Shown in pieces: positions 1 to 13,304 of a DNA stretch of 64,000 bases. The position numbers and the translations under genes were made by a program. The notes beneath the pieces were generated by a model, which saw only the letters and a list, made by a program, of their open reading frames with translations, had not been told where the DNA came from and did not search any database. Every line of letters starts with the position of its first letter. Position 1 is the first letter of the stretch. The stretch covers positions 17,794,001 through 17,858,000 of the forward strand of contig JAQFVV010000006.1 of NCBI GenBank assembly GCA_028023455.1, written 5' to 3'. Source of the stretch: Epiperipatus broadwayi. Lineage: Eukaryota; Animalia; Onychophora.

Positions 1-1878
1 ACAGTGTAAGTAAGTTAATCTGTGGATCGATCTGGCACAATATACAGGCAAAACACATGCAAATATATTTCAGGGTAAACTTATAGCCTATTTAGGATTC
101 CCCTTTCACTTGAGTTACATGGCTATGTGAAGGCAAATACAAAACAAACTTATTCAAACAACAGAATGGATCATATTCTCCCTCTCAAAAGCTTGTCTTA
201 TATACTCAAAAGTATCACTTATAAACATGCTGATTACTAGAAAAATTACTTAGTATACACCCATTCCAGTCTTCACAGTTTTTTTTACATCAAAAATGTA
301 TTCCCTGTGTAGAAAAATTTTATGGGGAAAAAAAATAATGGCCATCACACTCAGGCAATACAGTATCATAGCAAATTAAATGGATTAGTACTACATTCTA
401 TTCATGTATTTACAACTACTAATCTAATATCATCTATGGCAAGAATATACTCATATTTAGAAATCACTCTTAAAATAACACCTACAGACAAACCTCCTCC
501 ATACACAAAATATCTGCATACAATCTTAGAACCTACTAAATTAATATCTAATCCTAACATAAATTTTCCACAAGAGAAATGTTGCTACTGGAATACATAT
601 GTACTTCTACACACAAACACAAATTATAACTTAGACTTGTCAATGCTAGATATTAATAATAAGCAGCTAATACGTAGATTTAAATGTTGGACACTGGAGC
701 CCAAATTTTTTGATTTTCTACTCAAAATGAACATTATATTTCATAAGATAAAAGAGAAACATACTTTAACATTGACACTATATGTGAGTTGTGCCACAGA
801 TCAGAAAACCAAAAACATGTAATCTTTGAATGTAGTAGCCTACAATAGACTCAATCTTATATTATAAAAAAATTATCAGAAAAAGACTGTTAAGTTCAAT
901 TATAGAATATTAACCTCTAATGAGATGTATTTTCTGTTTCCTATTTTATTATAAATGTTTAATAATAGTATAATTCACTGAATGCTTTTGAAAATACTCC
1001 TTGTAGTATTCTTTGATTAGTTTTGTATACTTTTTTTTTCTTTTAAACTGAACTAGCTGTACATATATATTTCCTTGAATAAAGTTCCTTCTAAAACTAA
1101 AATTGATACATAAACAATCGAGCTAATCCAATTGCAGCAACTTTGTCGTACCAAATAACTAGCCAGCTGACAACTGATGTTATAAATGGGCTGATTGGTT
1201 GGTTATTTTAGTATGATATCAAAGTCCATGTGTATTATTGGCAATTTGATTGGCTAGATTGATCAAAGTTGTTTGAGTAGTTCATTTATGTATTAATTCC
1301 ACTTTAGTAGTATGAAAATTTGGATTACTGTATATTGTTGATTAAATAATATTTAAGACGTCATAATTTATAATTGATTTCAAGGAAACTTTGCTGTGTG
1401 GTTTGAGATTAATATTTATACGAGTGGATTTTGGTTATTCGTTGTATTGGAAGATTAATTAGTTGGCTTAAATTTAAATTTTAACAGTGGCAGATTAAAC
1501 AAACGCCGCCTATAGCTGGTATCTATTTATGTATAGATTCGATGTTTGATATATTGAATTTGAAAAAATTAATTCCAGTTTTCTGTTTATATATATATGC
1601 ACGCATACAATGTTTGAAGTTCTATCAATGCATAATAAACTCATGGTCGTTATATGACCATAAATATAAAAAAGGAAAGCCATTATATTTCTTGATTTGT
1701 AAAGATGTTATGTGCTTATTAAAAGAATGTATTACATTTTCGCTGTTCAATAGAAAGGCAACTTCATCTTATTAACTCAAATTATGATTTTGGTTCCAAT
1801 CATAAGCATGTCACATTTTGTTTCTTCTCACCCACCCCCCTTCTCACAGTTAATTTTACGTTCTATTTTTAATTTCAG

Positions 1879-1932
1879 GGAGCAGGAAAGGCAAGCTTTA
1901 AAGGAATTAGAAAGAGAAAAGCAAAAAGAAAG
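1879..1932 (+). CDS. Internal 54-nt coding exon of the AUTS2/FBRSL1/tay-like gene (EQERQALKELEREKQKE-R)
   Basis: ttttaatttcag acceptor and gtaaga donor. The exon ends in AG, which joins the G starting exon 6914 to give AGG(R) and keeps the downstream frame open. Confidence 0.7.
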
Positions 1933-4064
1933 GTAAGATTATTTTTCACTGTGTTTTTGTTGCCATAAGGTGTTTTCACATGAGTGCAGATGTTGGTGAT
2001 TCATTTCCTATTGAGTCTCTAATAACAAAGAAATTAACTGGAAGCTTTGTGTTATGTATCTACCACTACTAAACTATAATATACCGTATATCTTTTAACC
2101 TAAAATAAATATTGATCGGAATGGCTATTTTTTATTGGCTTATATTTTAGTCTACAACGATCATATTAAAGATATTTTTATTGTTTTGAAGGCCTCTAAT
2201 TATCTCTATTTATATATAAAGTAATAATGTTTGAAGATAGAATGGAACGAAATAAATTTATATTTAAATTTTAAATGTGTGTGTATATATATGTAACTGG
2301 TTTGCAACGCTCTACATGGTTTAATGCAATCGAGTACTCAAAATCCCCGGATTAAAGATCAACTATCACTTCCGGCACTCAAATGTCAAATGATCCCCCG
2401 AGCGTCAAACTGTTTAATTATTTTTATTTATTGTTACATAATGGGAGCGTGATCAGTTTTTAATTCTTTGTGTTCATTCATTTTTAAAGCTGACCAATCC
2501 AATGCAAAATGGTTCTCAGCATCTCTTGCAAACTTACTTTTAGGATAACTTAGACAATCTCTATTGTCATCTCTTCTTGACATATCTCAGTTTGACTCCA
2601 TTTCAGTCTCTTAATTCTTTCTGCTTATGCAGTGAAGCAGGTTTGTTTTTTCGCCCATTTTATTTCACTTCAATCCTTTCTTGTTATACTGTAATATATA
2701 GATGGATAGATAAAAAATGTAACCATATCATTTCACATTTGATATTATCCGTGTCCTTAGGGTGATTGGCTGGAAATCGGATTTTTTTTTTTCTGGATTA
2801 GATAAAGATATTCATCAGTTTCGGAATGACAAATTTGTATGACACATAGATTTTGAATCAATTTTCCATTTTATTATAATTCATATTGCTAATTTGTTAT
2901 AATTGGCACTTATCTGGATTTAAATCCCAGATCACAAATATAGAAATCAGATTCACTAACCATCTCATTTCATAGTAAGGTCCTTATATATATATAACAA
3001 AATATGAAAAGGAAAACATGAATTAATGCTCGTATGTGCCAAATATAGAAGTATATGCAAGTAATAAATTACAAAAATTTTGTAAAAATATCACATTTTG
3101 GGGTATTTATTTGTTTTTATTAACGTTGTAATTTCTGCTTCCAATGGATTAAAACTTTAGTAATAGAAAACTTTTTTAATTTCCAGGTTATATTCCCACT
3201 CCAATAACTTATTTCACATAATTGTGTTTCTTCAATAAAGAACTTACTGCTGTTACTATTAATCACTTTATGATTTTCATCTTTATTTTCATATTGATTC
3301 TAATACCCAAAAATATTTTGAATATATGAAATTAAAAATTCAGCGATTCTTCAGCAAATTGATTAGGCATGTTTTTTTTCATCATAAAGTGTTTGTTGTA
3401 TTGGTCACCTACGTATTTTGTTGTTACATCTTTAGCAAATTTCCTGCGGATTTTGAATGAGACTTTTTTTTTTCCACTGAATAACAGATTGCACTTGACT
3501 TTTTTATATATGTGTGGAAAGTCACAAAATAATTTTTATGGCTAATGCATAAAAGATCTGTTAAATATGATAAACTTCGTTTAAGGACTGTTATTCAATT
3601 GTTGACAAGACTGTCAATAAATTTAAAGTCAATTATCATCTTGATACAGTGTAAAGGGGGAGGGGGTGTCTGTCCAAAGGAATAAATTTACACTTTCATT
3701 GTCTCCTAAGCAACCCACCTATGACTTACTTAAGTTTATATACAGTGATTTTTCACACTTTTTTTGTTGATCCATAATTTAATCATCGTCAAACATTTTT
3801 CTTATAATATTGCTAACCTTTCTCAGTCCTAATAAACATAATTAAGTTGGGATAAAACATATTTAATTTTATCACATATGTAACCTTCAATTTGAATACA
3901 TAGTAGCGACAACAGATTATTGTCATCATAATAATTATTCTTAAAATATTTTTAAAGATACTAAAAATAAAAAAAGTTTTTAAAATTTTAATATATTCCT
4001 GTTATAAATATGTGCTGACATTTTCTCATAGAAAAGCTATAATTGCATAAAAATTCTTATCTAA

Positions 4065-4800
4065 GCTAAGTGGTTTTGAGGGCATTAAATATCCTTACAG
4101 TCATAGCCTTGGAATGTGCATAATTATATGGGTATGTATATATAGGCAGTAGATTATTCAAAATGTATGTAAATCAGATTGCATATTTCTTAGAAATGAA
4201 GAAGCGGGATTCCTTTCAGTTTATGCCATTAGGGTTATTAGCTATATGCCATACTTAACCTTTCGCCTAGAGTCATTTTGCTTGATGCATGCTATATTGG
4301 TGGGTATGGGCTCAAAGGTATGGCCTATGGTGATTTTGTGTTCGAGAACAATCATCTTATGCTCTGGATTCTCTTTGGTTCATCTGTAAAGATTATCTGT
4401 GTTGGGAAATCTGAATAGGAGGTATGCGCATGATTCACCATAATATGGGAAATCTGAATAGGAGGTATGCGCATGATTCACCATAATATATAGTGCTGTA
4501 CCCTACTTGGAGGCATGTAATTTTATATATGGTGTCTGAAGTTTATTCTATGTGGAGTCTGTTGTTAGAATTATTTATTAATATGTTAGTTGTGGAAGGA
4601 GTATGGTAGCTTACTCCTATTTTATGTGTTTCTGAACAAGCTTTATCGATGTTTTTGGCTATCTGGGGGATATATGGAAATTGTTTCCAAGGTCTGTCTG
4701 TCATCTTTGGATGTGTTTGATTTCACCTTCTTATAAAATTGTTTGACTATTCCTGTGAGATCATTATATTTGAAACCTCTGTTATGGACATTTAACACCC
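4065..4800 (-). mobile_element. Decayed Penelope-like element 3' part (GIY-YIG endonuclease plus 3' end with degenerate HHR-like motif)
   Basis: Minus strand translates TIYKITCLQVGYSTIYYGESCAYLLFRF (GIY-YIG pattern). The 3' end ggct-atgactgt-aagg...ccctc-aaaa-cca-ctt-agc resembles the P1 ribozyme motif. Confidence 0.65.
4403..4488. repeat. Perfect 43-bp tandem duplication inside the PLE remnant
   Basis: tgggaaatctgaataggaggtatgcgcatgattcaccataata occurs twice in tandem. Confidence 0.95.
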
Positions 4801-6913
4801 TTGAAATCATGACAGCGCATATATTTATAATTTACATCTGTCTAAGAAAAGTTTTTTAATTTTATAAATTACTATTATATTAGAAAAATATTTTTAAAAT
4901 GGTACTTATCTCTAAGCCTTATTGTCTCTTCGTTCCGTCCCGTCCCCCCATCATGTGGATTTTTTAATTCTTAAAAAGAAATATCAAAAATTATAAAAAT
5001 TAAATATATTTTATATTTACTAATTAAGACTAGCATTGAAATAAATGAAGATATATTTGAAATGAAAAAATACATTTTTGAAATAAAGAAGGTCTTGACC
5101 AAAATGCGACAAATTCCGGAAAGAAAAGCTGTTTTTATTCTCTGTTTGAACCTGACACATAGGTACAACAATGAAAACCAAAATGTAGAATCATTATCGT
5201 TAAAAAATAAACCACTAAATGAGACAAAACCAGATTGAATAAATAACATAGAAAAATCTTCAGTTCAGTACAGATTTGTTGTAAACAAAACATACAGGCA
5301 GTGTGTGAACTTAGAAAGATTTTATATTAATTCGGATAGAAATACTAGTGACTAATACTTTTAAAATTGATTTTAAAATGAATTTATTGAAGATATAATT
5401 TATTGTTTGAGATTTTCAGAACACGACAGTTGTCATTCAAAGGGCAATGTATCATAATTTTTTGCCTCATTTCACAATCTATTAAAATGTAATGGTGATG
5501 ATAAAATGTGTGGTTCATGAACTTTTTTAAAAAATTTCTATGATGTGTTTATAAAGTCAAATTATCCAAATACAAATTTCATTACTGTCATTTCTGTTTT
5601 TGGTTGTTCTGTCTTTATTTTATTTTTTTTTTTAATCAACGAGTTCAATCTTGTCAATAAACTATGCAACTTTTCATTTCCAAAATGCAATAAATGAAAA
5701 CACTTCACAGAACAATCATGTTCTAAATATGTTACTAGGGCAAATTTGCAATCAGATTCTAAAGCACCATTTTAAAATTAAATTTACAAATGTTTTATCC
5801 TTTCTTATATCAGTCAATCCATTTTGTCAGATAAAAGATTTGTTTCCAAATTTGCCCTAATAATGTGTTAGTGTGTGATTGGTCTGTGAAATGTTTATAA
5901 TCAAAAACAGTATCTGCTATAATATACAGTAAAAATTATTTATATGTGATTAAAGTTATTAGTGATATATATATTATACAAATGTAGACAGTATGAAACA
6001 AATAGCAGATTAAAATATTAGTCTTTCTTTATTGATATATGATAGATAACTTTAATTCAAATATGTTTAATAATATTTGAGATGACAATAACAAATTTTT
6101 TGTATGATATTGAATAAATTATTCAGGGTTTGGGAAAAGATGTATTAACTTTTATGAATACTTCGGAACTGTTGCTTTGTATCTTTCAGCATAACATTAT
6201 TTATCCTATATTTCTTTACGAATTTAATTTAAAAATTGCTTCCATGGTAGTAAAATGCCACATAAGGAACTGTTAATACCTGTGAACTATCATATCGTCA
6301 TTATAAATGTTGATATAACTTCTCAATACTCTGTGGATTTGATTCAAAAGTCAATATGCCAATACGAGAAAATGTTATCAAAGTTCAACTTCTGAAAGTC
6401 GCAAAAAAAAAAAAAAAAAGTTAAGAAAACGTATAAAGTATTATAAAAATGAAAATGTCAAATAAAAAAGACGTAATTATTAAATGGAAGCCCGTGGACC
6501 ATGTGATATTGGTATATGTGAGCATATGAATGCTAATTTTGTGTGACAGATGGACAAATATCAAACAATATATTTAAAAATGAAATTATTATAAATCCAG
6601 TCTGTAAATATTTATTAACATATTTTTGAACAAAATTTATTTATATAATTTTTTCCATTGGTTTTAGGAAATCTTGCTGTTAATCAAATTATGTAAGGAT
6701 CCATTTTGGTCAACTTTACAATAACTAGTAGTATTGTAATAAATCTGTTATATAAATTGAAAACTACTTATGCATAGTAAAATGCACATATAAAATTTGT
6801 AATGAAAATAATAATTTTCTACGTGCATTTCTGTATAAATATACATAATAATCTGAATATATGGATTTTCTCAAATTTTATTTGTTCTAATTATTTTTTA
6901 TTTCATTTTTCAG

Positions 6914-7928
6914 GGATAGGGAAAACAGGACAATATGCAGAGCCTCTCCTGCCAGTGATATTAGTGATCGAAGGACTAATATAGATCTTGATAGAAGTCG
7001 AGAACGTGAAAGGCCTGATACTATTCATGAAAGGAGAGAGAGTTCTCGTTCTCCACTACGTACTAGTAAAGATGAACGACGTGATCTGCTTACAAAGTCT
7101 GATAGTGCCTTCGACAATGTCCTCAATCATACTAGCAAATCTGACAATGTCAAGGTAAAAGAGGAACGCAAGGACGATGACATTATGATTGTAGGTGGAG
7201 CTGATCGTGATAGGAATCGAATACGGAATGATTATTATCCAAGTACTACATTACTGCCACCACCACCTGCAATTAACATTGGCCTTTTGGATCGTAGTCG
7301 AATGATTGGGCCTTTTGGAATACCTCCTGAACGGTTACAACATCCGCCACCTTTAATGTGGAATGTGAGGGATCCTTATAATATGGACTTAGTGCGTAGG
7401 CATCAGTTAGAAATGCAGCGTGAAATTGAGAGAGAGCAAATGTTACGGTTTAATCCTCTTGGACCTATGATAGATCACGAGCAGAGATATCGTGAACGAG
7501 AACCACATGACTTTAGTCGAGATCGTCTTATAGATCCAGGACGAAGAGAACTAGAACGTGCACTTTTACTTGATCGTGAACGTGCAGAATTTGATCGCAC
7601 TAAAATTCCACCCTTAAGAGCCACCGACAATATGTTTATACCACCAACACCTCCTAATTTATATCAGCGAAGTGTTAGCCCTTTAACAAATCACAATCCT
7701 AGGAGTAAAAGTAATTCCCCATCTAATTCTGCCGGTGTACCTCCCCCCTTAATTCCTTCTGCATTGACCAATAATCATCAGAACCACACAGGAGTACGAA
7801 GTGGTGGTAATTCTCCTGCTGTTAATAAACAAAATGGTACTAGTCCATTGGAGAACACTCATGAACAAATTACAAAGGACAAAAAAGAAGCAACTGCCAA
7901 TTCAATGGAGGAAGCTCAATCGAGATAG
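6914..7928 (+). CDS. AUTS2: Terminal coding exon of an AUTS2/FBRSL1 (fibrosin-like; Drosophila tay) family protein
   Basis: tttcatttttcag acceptor at 6901-6913 and an open frame to TAG at 7926-7928, which includes the 247-aa ORF. VKVKEERKDDD and REREPHDFS motifs and an R/E/D/P-rich composition match my recollection of AUTS2/FBRSL1 C-termini. The assignment is at family level only; orthology is not established. Confidence 0.75.
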
Positions 7929-10232
7929 AGGGCAGCACTTAACTATGTGTATATTTTTCAGAGACTTCATGATCTGTATTATAAATTGGATGCATAAACT
8001 CCTTGCAAAAATGGAGATAAGTTTAAAGTTGAACTGATATAAAATACTTAAAGTCTGAAAACTTTTTTTAAAAAAAAATGGTATATTTGCTATGTTAAGA
8101 GAAAAAATGTACAAAGTACATATCAAAAGGGGATATTTTTACTAGGTAGGAAGTTGTAATAAATGAATGCACAAACCATAATCCAGTTCATACTGGAACT
8201 CTGATGCAATAGTGTATGAAATGGAACGGAGATGGAAAAAAAAAATACTAAGTTATAGTTATTGCGGGATTTATTATAATAAAACATGGATAAACAGACC
8301 TCAGCAAACTGTGAATATAGATGAAATGTGAAATGAATTTACAATTTAATATTTAAAAAAAAAATCCCAATTCCTCTTTTGTACTAATACAATGTGGTGT
8401 AATATAGTCCTTCCTCAAAATGTAGGTTATATTAGGCATTTTGGCTGAAATTTAGAGCAAAATTTATACTGCCTCTGGTTTCCATCAATGTTTGTGATGA
8501 GTCAGCTGTCCGTAGGACGCAGCGCCCTATAGTTTATCTTTGTTCACCCCTATATTAAAAAAAAAAAAATGAAAAGAACTTTTAATAATAAAAGAATGAT
8601 AAAGAAATCATGTTATTTTTAACACTTTTTCCCCCTTCAGACTTAAACTGTGGTACACAATAGGCCAAGAATTCACAGTAACTTATATTCTAAGCATCCA
8701 ACTCAGGAATGCTTTATGTGATTTATTTTTTACAGTTGTAAACGGCGGATATTCACGAGGTGTCAACATCACTTTTATGTGTGAGTATCACGTTTTATTG
8801 ACTGTGTTTCCAGTTACTTCTCTTTTCCCACATCTCTTCATCCTTTTCAGTTTTTTTTTATTATTATTTATATAAAAATAAATAAATAAATAAAAAAATA
8901 AACAAAACGGTTTTATAACTTTAACTTTTAAAAAGTCTCCCTCCAGTTATAAATATATATATATAAATAATATAAAAGGTTATTGTACACTCGTGAGTAT
9001 CCAGTAGCCGTGGTGACCACATTCAAACAAATGAAATGTATGATTTGGAAGAGTTTCTATTGACTGTCTAGAAACAGGAAAATAAACATCAGTTAATACA
9101 ATATACTGGCGCTTTCTTGTCCTTTACCCGACACATGTAAATACTATTTACAATTATAGAAGTCAACGTATGAAATGTATATATAATTTTATGTACAGTT
9201 TTTGTTCAGCATGAAAAATCCAGTAGTTTAATAAATAAAATACACCTATTCAAGAATGAAGTTTTTTTTAAATAACACAGAAAAAAAGTTGATAATGTTG
9301 CTGGTCATATTTTATTTAAGAAAAATAATTTTGATTCTTTATATTTAAGTGTTAAAGAAAATGTCTTGAATGTCTTTCAATAAATAAAATATAAAATTTT
9401 GGTTTTAAAAACAGTTTAAAAATATATACAGCAATTTATTTATTTATAAGTAGGTAGTTCCATGCATGAACACATCATTAATCTTATTGGTATATAACAT
9501 TTCTTGACATCAATCTCATATTGCATATTACTTTGACATTCATTTTAAAGAAAACGGTTCTAGAATCAACTCCAAAGTATTTTACTAAAAAGTTCTATTA
9601 ACGCTCTTGGGTAAAGTACAGATTAATATGTATGTAAGATTTTATACGACAATCACGGGTATTGCTCTATGTGATTTAGTGCAGGGGTAATGCACAGGTT
9701 TAGAGAGTCAAAAGTGTCTTGCTTAAATGTTGCATGACCTGCTGAGTAATTACCCCATGATTTTTTTTCTCTGCCACAAGTAATCTAAATAAAAATGTTA
9801 ATGTACCTCATTTATATAACATATTTGCCTCTTAAATTCCTGTAAATTTACACATCAATTGATCATTTGATATCCTTTTGTTGGGGGGAGAGGGGAGCGG
9901 AGTATGGAAGTCCTACATTTATGATCATTTTTAAAGTAAGAATTTTTAATTATGTACATTCTTTTAACCAAAATATAACGTAAAAGAAATTTTTGAAGGA
10001 TATATAAACTACGGTATTTATTTATTCACCCTTTTTTTGTTGTTTATATGTAAATATTTAATAAGTTATTATAAATTGATATTGTGGGAACACTATAGTG
10101 TTGCCTTTAAGTCTCCTCATGATTAACATAAATCCATGGTTGGTAATGAATGCTACATATATTGTATGAAATATAAAGAAATTATTCTTCACACATGCCG
10201 TAAAATAGACATTCACTCTCCCATCAATAAAT
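7929..10232 (+). other. Probable long 3' UTR of the AUTS2-like gene (end uncertain)
   Basis: Follows the stop codon, lacks recognisable TE remnants, and has several AATAAA signals (around 8880, 9230, 9380, 10226). Confidence 0.35.
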
Positions 10233-11629
10233 GTTTCAAAAGGATAGATGATCCATCTATGCGTAGAACTTATTCTTTAAATAAACAAACATTTATTGAT
10301 TGGGTTTGAATTTAAAACTTGGATCTTATTGTAAGCTTGTTTTTTTTTTTTTAATCTGCATATTTTTTTGCACAAATTCGGATTATATATCATGGAGAAG
10401 ATAAAGTTTCTCATTTTTAATCACCTGTGACACAGTTTTATTAATTGGTATATATGTGATAATTGATAATATAGCAATTTATAAACATGCTATAAAATAA
10501 ATATGGATTCTTCCACAATATTTCATATGTGTATAAATCTTTATATTATCAATAATTACATATGTACAAATTAATAAAATTCAGTGTCGCAGATAGTTCA
10601 AAATGAGAAACTTTTTTCTTGTGATACATAATCTGAATTTTGTGCAAGTTGATATGACAATTTAAAAAAAAAATCAGCCATGCAATTTGATCATGGTCAA
10701 TAAATGTTGGTTTGTCTAAAGATTAAGCCTAGGTGGACCATCTATAACTTTAAATATTAATTGGGAGAGTTTGGATCTATTTTATAGCACACATGTTGTG
10801 AAGGGTGGTTTCCTTTCACAATATTTGATATAAATTGCTATATTATCAAATATTACATATTGTAGTAAAAATATTTTAGCCCAAACAAAAGAGCTATTAT
10901 AGGTTAATGGAGAAAACTTGTTTATCCTCAGGAACTTTTAATTAGTAGTAATTGATAGTTTCTTGGCAATGCTAAAGGTTATCTCTCTTTACATGGATAT
11001 GATTTCATTTCTATTCTTTATAATAATAGTCCATGGAAAAAATTATTCAACATATATTCAGAATGTATCTATATGTACAATATTCAATTTTAAAATTACA
11101 TACATTAAAACAACAGCAAAAATAAAATACTACATTGTTGGGCAGAATTTTAACATGTGATTACTTTTTATATACACACCAATATATATATATATTTTCC
11201 ACTGATACAAATATTTAAAAAATTAATATATAAATGAAAACTAACAAAAATATTGTATTGAAGATAAAGAAATCTGTGTTTAAAATTGAATTACATTTTT
11301 AAAAGTAGAATATTACCAAAAAAAAAAATTACTAATAATTTTTTTTTGTGTGATGAAAATTTATACAAATAAAATGCATAAGATCTACAATATGAGATGT
11401 TATTCGTATGACTCACCTGTATCATTGAATCCCTATTTAGGTGAAAATCTAATTTTTATAATAACTTTGGTTTACATGATGTTAAATATAAAATATATAT
11501 TTCACAAAGCTAACATACCACAGAAAACAACAAAGAAAATTATTATCACAAAATAAAGATTTTTTTAAAATATTTTAAATTGTGAATTTTGATATATAAG
11601 TTTAAAATAGAAATTTTATTAGGTAGTGT

Positions 11630-11840
11630 GCGCTGAAGCTAACTACTGTAAAAGGAAGATTAGGGAGGCATATTTTGTCATCAACGATAACGTGATCAAT
11701 AGACATGACATGTTTTGCTATTACACACATTATCAATATCACAACAACGATTTAAAATTGTTTTGGTCATGAATATGAGAGACAAAACCTCGAAAGCGCT
11801 AGGCCTGCATTAATTTACTTTGATTGTTTTTGTTACCACT
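11630..11840 (+). mobile_element. Short Penelope-like 3' fragment (end of GIY-YIG plus HHR-bearing 3' end)
   Basis: Translates KRKIREAYFVINDNVINRHD, homologous to KRKIKEAFYINGNINAINRKD at 52835-53062. Confidence 0.7.
11765..11805 (+). ncRNA. Minimal type I hammerhead ribozyme motif, A3-U8 core variant
   Basis: ggtc|atgaatat|gag-agacaaaac-ctc|gaaa|gcgct-a|ggcc. Stem I ggtc/ggcc, stem II gag/ctc, palindromic stem III agcgct, CUA cleavage triplet. Confidence 0.65.
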
Positions 11841-12640
11841 AACAGCTTCTTCACCCAGCGTGTTAAAGCGCTTGTATATACTACTAGATTTAAATTAATT
11901 TATGATGTTTCTGTGTGAAAATTAGATTCATCAATGGAAATATATGTTATGGAGAGAAGTCGTGCTAACAAAGCTAAAATTAGGTTATATAATATTTTGT
12001 TTCAAATAAACCATAATTTGGAAGTGCAAATATCAGTAACTGCATTTGAGCAATTTGTATAATCCATATACAGAATCCAAATATGCCAACAAATTCATAA
12101 GCAGTTGTTTCTGCAGAATTTATATTTATTGTGACAATTCAATGTAATATGAATTATTTTTAAAATATAATTATTAGTATAAACTTATCCTGAAAGTACC
12201 TAACAATTTCTTATAAAATGGTTTTGACTTGCAGGAATTCTCCATGGGCTCTTTTTTCTATTATATGTATATTCAAAAAATAGCTTTTACAAAAACAATT
12301 ATGACTTAAAGCTATGCAGTTTCCATTATAACAAAAAAAGTAGTATAAACTTTTTCTGCTATGTTTAAGAGAAAAATGAGGCATATTATACTGGATTCTC
12401 TGCTTGCATAACTTAGAGATATGAATATAAACATTAAATGATTATATGTCATTTTTTTCCGATAATGAGCTGTTTACAGTAGAATGTTCCATTTTGCAAT
12501 TGATAAATTTATTTCTGCAATTTTTATCAAAACAGGCAAAACTCACTATACATATTGCCACACACAGCAAGCTAGAGTAATCAATGAAATGCCAGAAGGC
12601 TTGTGCATAAAATCCCCATCTAGTGCCTACTCATCCAATA

Positions 12641-12682
12641 TCCCCAGACTAGTTTCTGGCTTGTGGCCTTCGTCAGTGAGGA
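12641..12682 (-). ncRNA. Family A minimal hammerhead motif
   Basis: Reverse complement: tcctca|ctgacga|aggc-cacaa-gcca|gaaa|ctagtc|tgggga. Confidence 0.75.
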
Positions 12683-13262
12683 GCTTTGGATCTGAGCACT
12701 ACACCTAGATCTTAGGATCTAATGCAACCCTCCAGCAGCCACCTTTTATCTCCACTTAACTTTGAGTCTTAAACTGAAAACATCTTAATTTTTTCAATCC
12801 AAGTGCATTAGCTTATATAATCATATGGGTCTGAACTCAGTTCAGTATCCATACATTTTGGTGCCTTTGGTTCTTTAATAATCATAGCCACCACTATCCT
12901 ATTAGGCAGGATTGGTTTTAAGCCAATAAACATTGCATGACCACCACCTCTTATGCTTGTGTATAACTGTTTTAAAACAGGCAAAACTCACTATACATGT
13001 GATGTTTATTGGCTTAAAACCAATCCTGCCTAATAGGATAGTGGTGGCTATGGTTATTAAAGAACCAAAGACACCAAAATGTGTGGGTACTGAACTGAGT
13101 TCAGACCCATATGAATATGTAAGCTAATGGGCTTGGATTGAAAACATTAAGGTGTTTTCAGTTTAAGACTCATAGTTTTGTAGTTAAGTGGAGATAAAAG
13201 GTGGCTGCTAGAGAGTTGCATTAGATCCTAAGATCTAGGTGCAGTGCCTTCAGATCCAAGGC

Positions 13263-13304
13263 TCCTCACTGATGAAAGCCACAAGCCAGAAACTAGTCTG
13301 GGGA
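13263..13304 (+). ncRNA. Family A minimal hammerhead motif
   Basis: tcctca|ctgatga|aagc-cacaa-gcca|gaaa|ctagtc|tgggga. Stem I tcctca/tgggga, palindromic stem III actagt, GUC cleavage triplet. Confidence 0.75.

Noticed and set aside
322-822. 166-aa + strand ORF
   Set aside because: No recognisable motif or splice context, and it lies in the inferred intron. It is probably a chance or antisense-of-repeat ORF.
4403-4488. Direct repeats as a possible CRISPR array (also 39684-39785)
   Set aside because: Adjacent duplications without spacers, in eukaryotic DNA with no cas genes.
12484-13127. Short ORFs overlapping family A and B copies (also 35575-35793, 48107-48397, 59035-59615)
   Set aside because: Frames are broken by indels between copies, so the families look non-coding.
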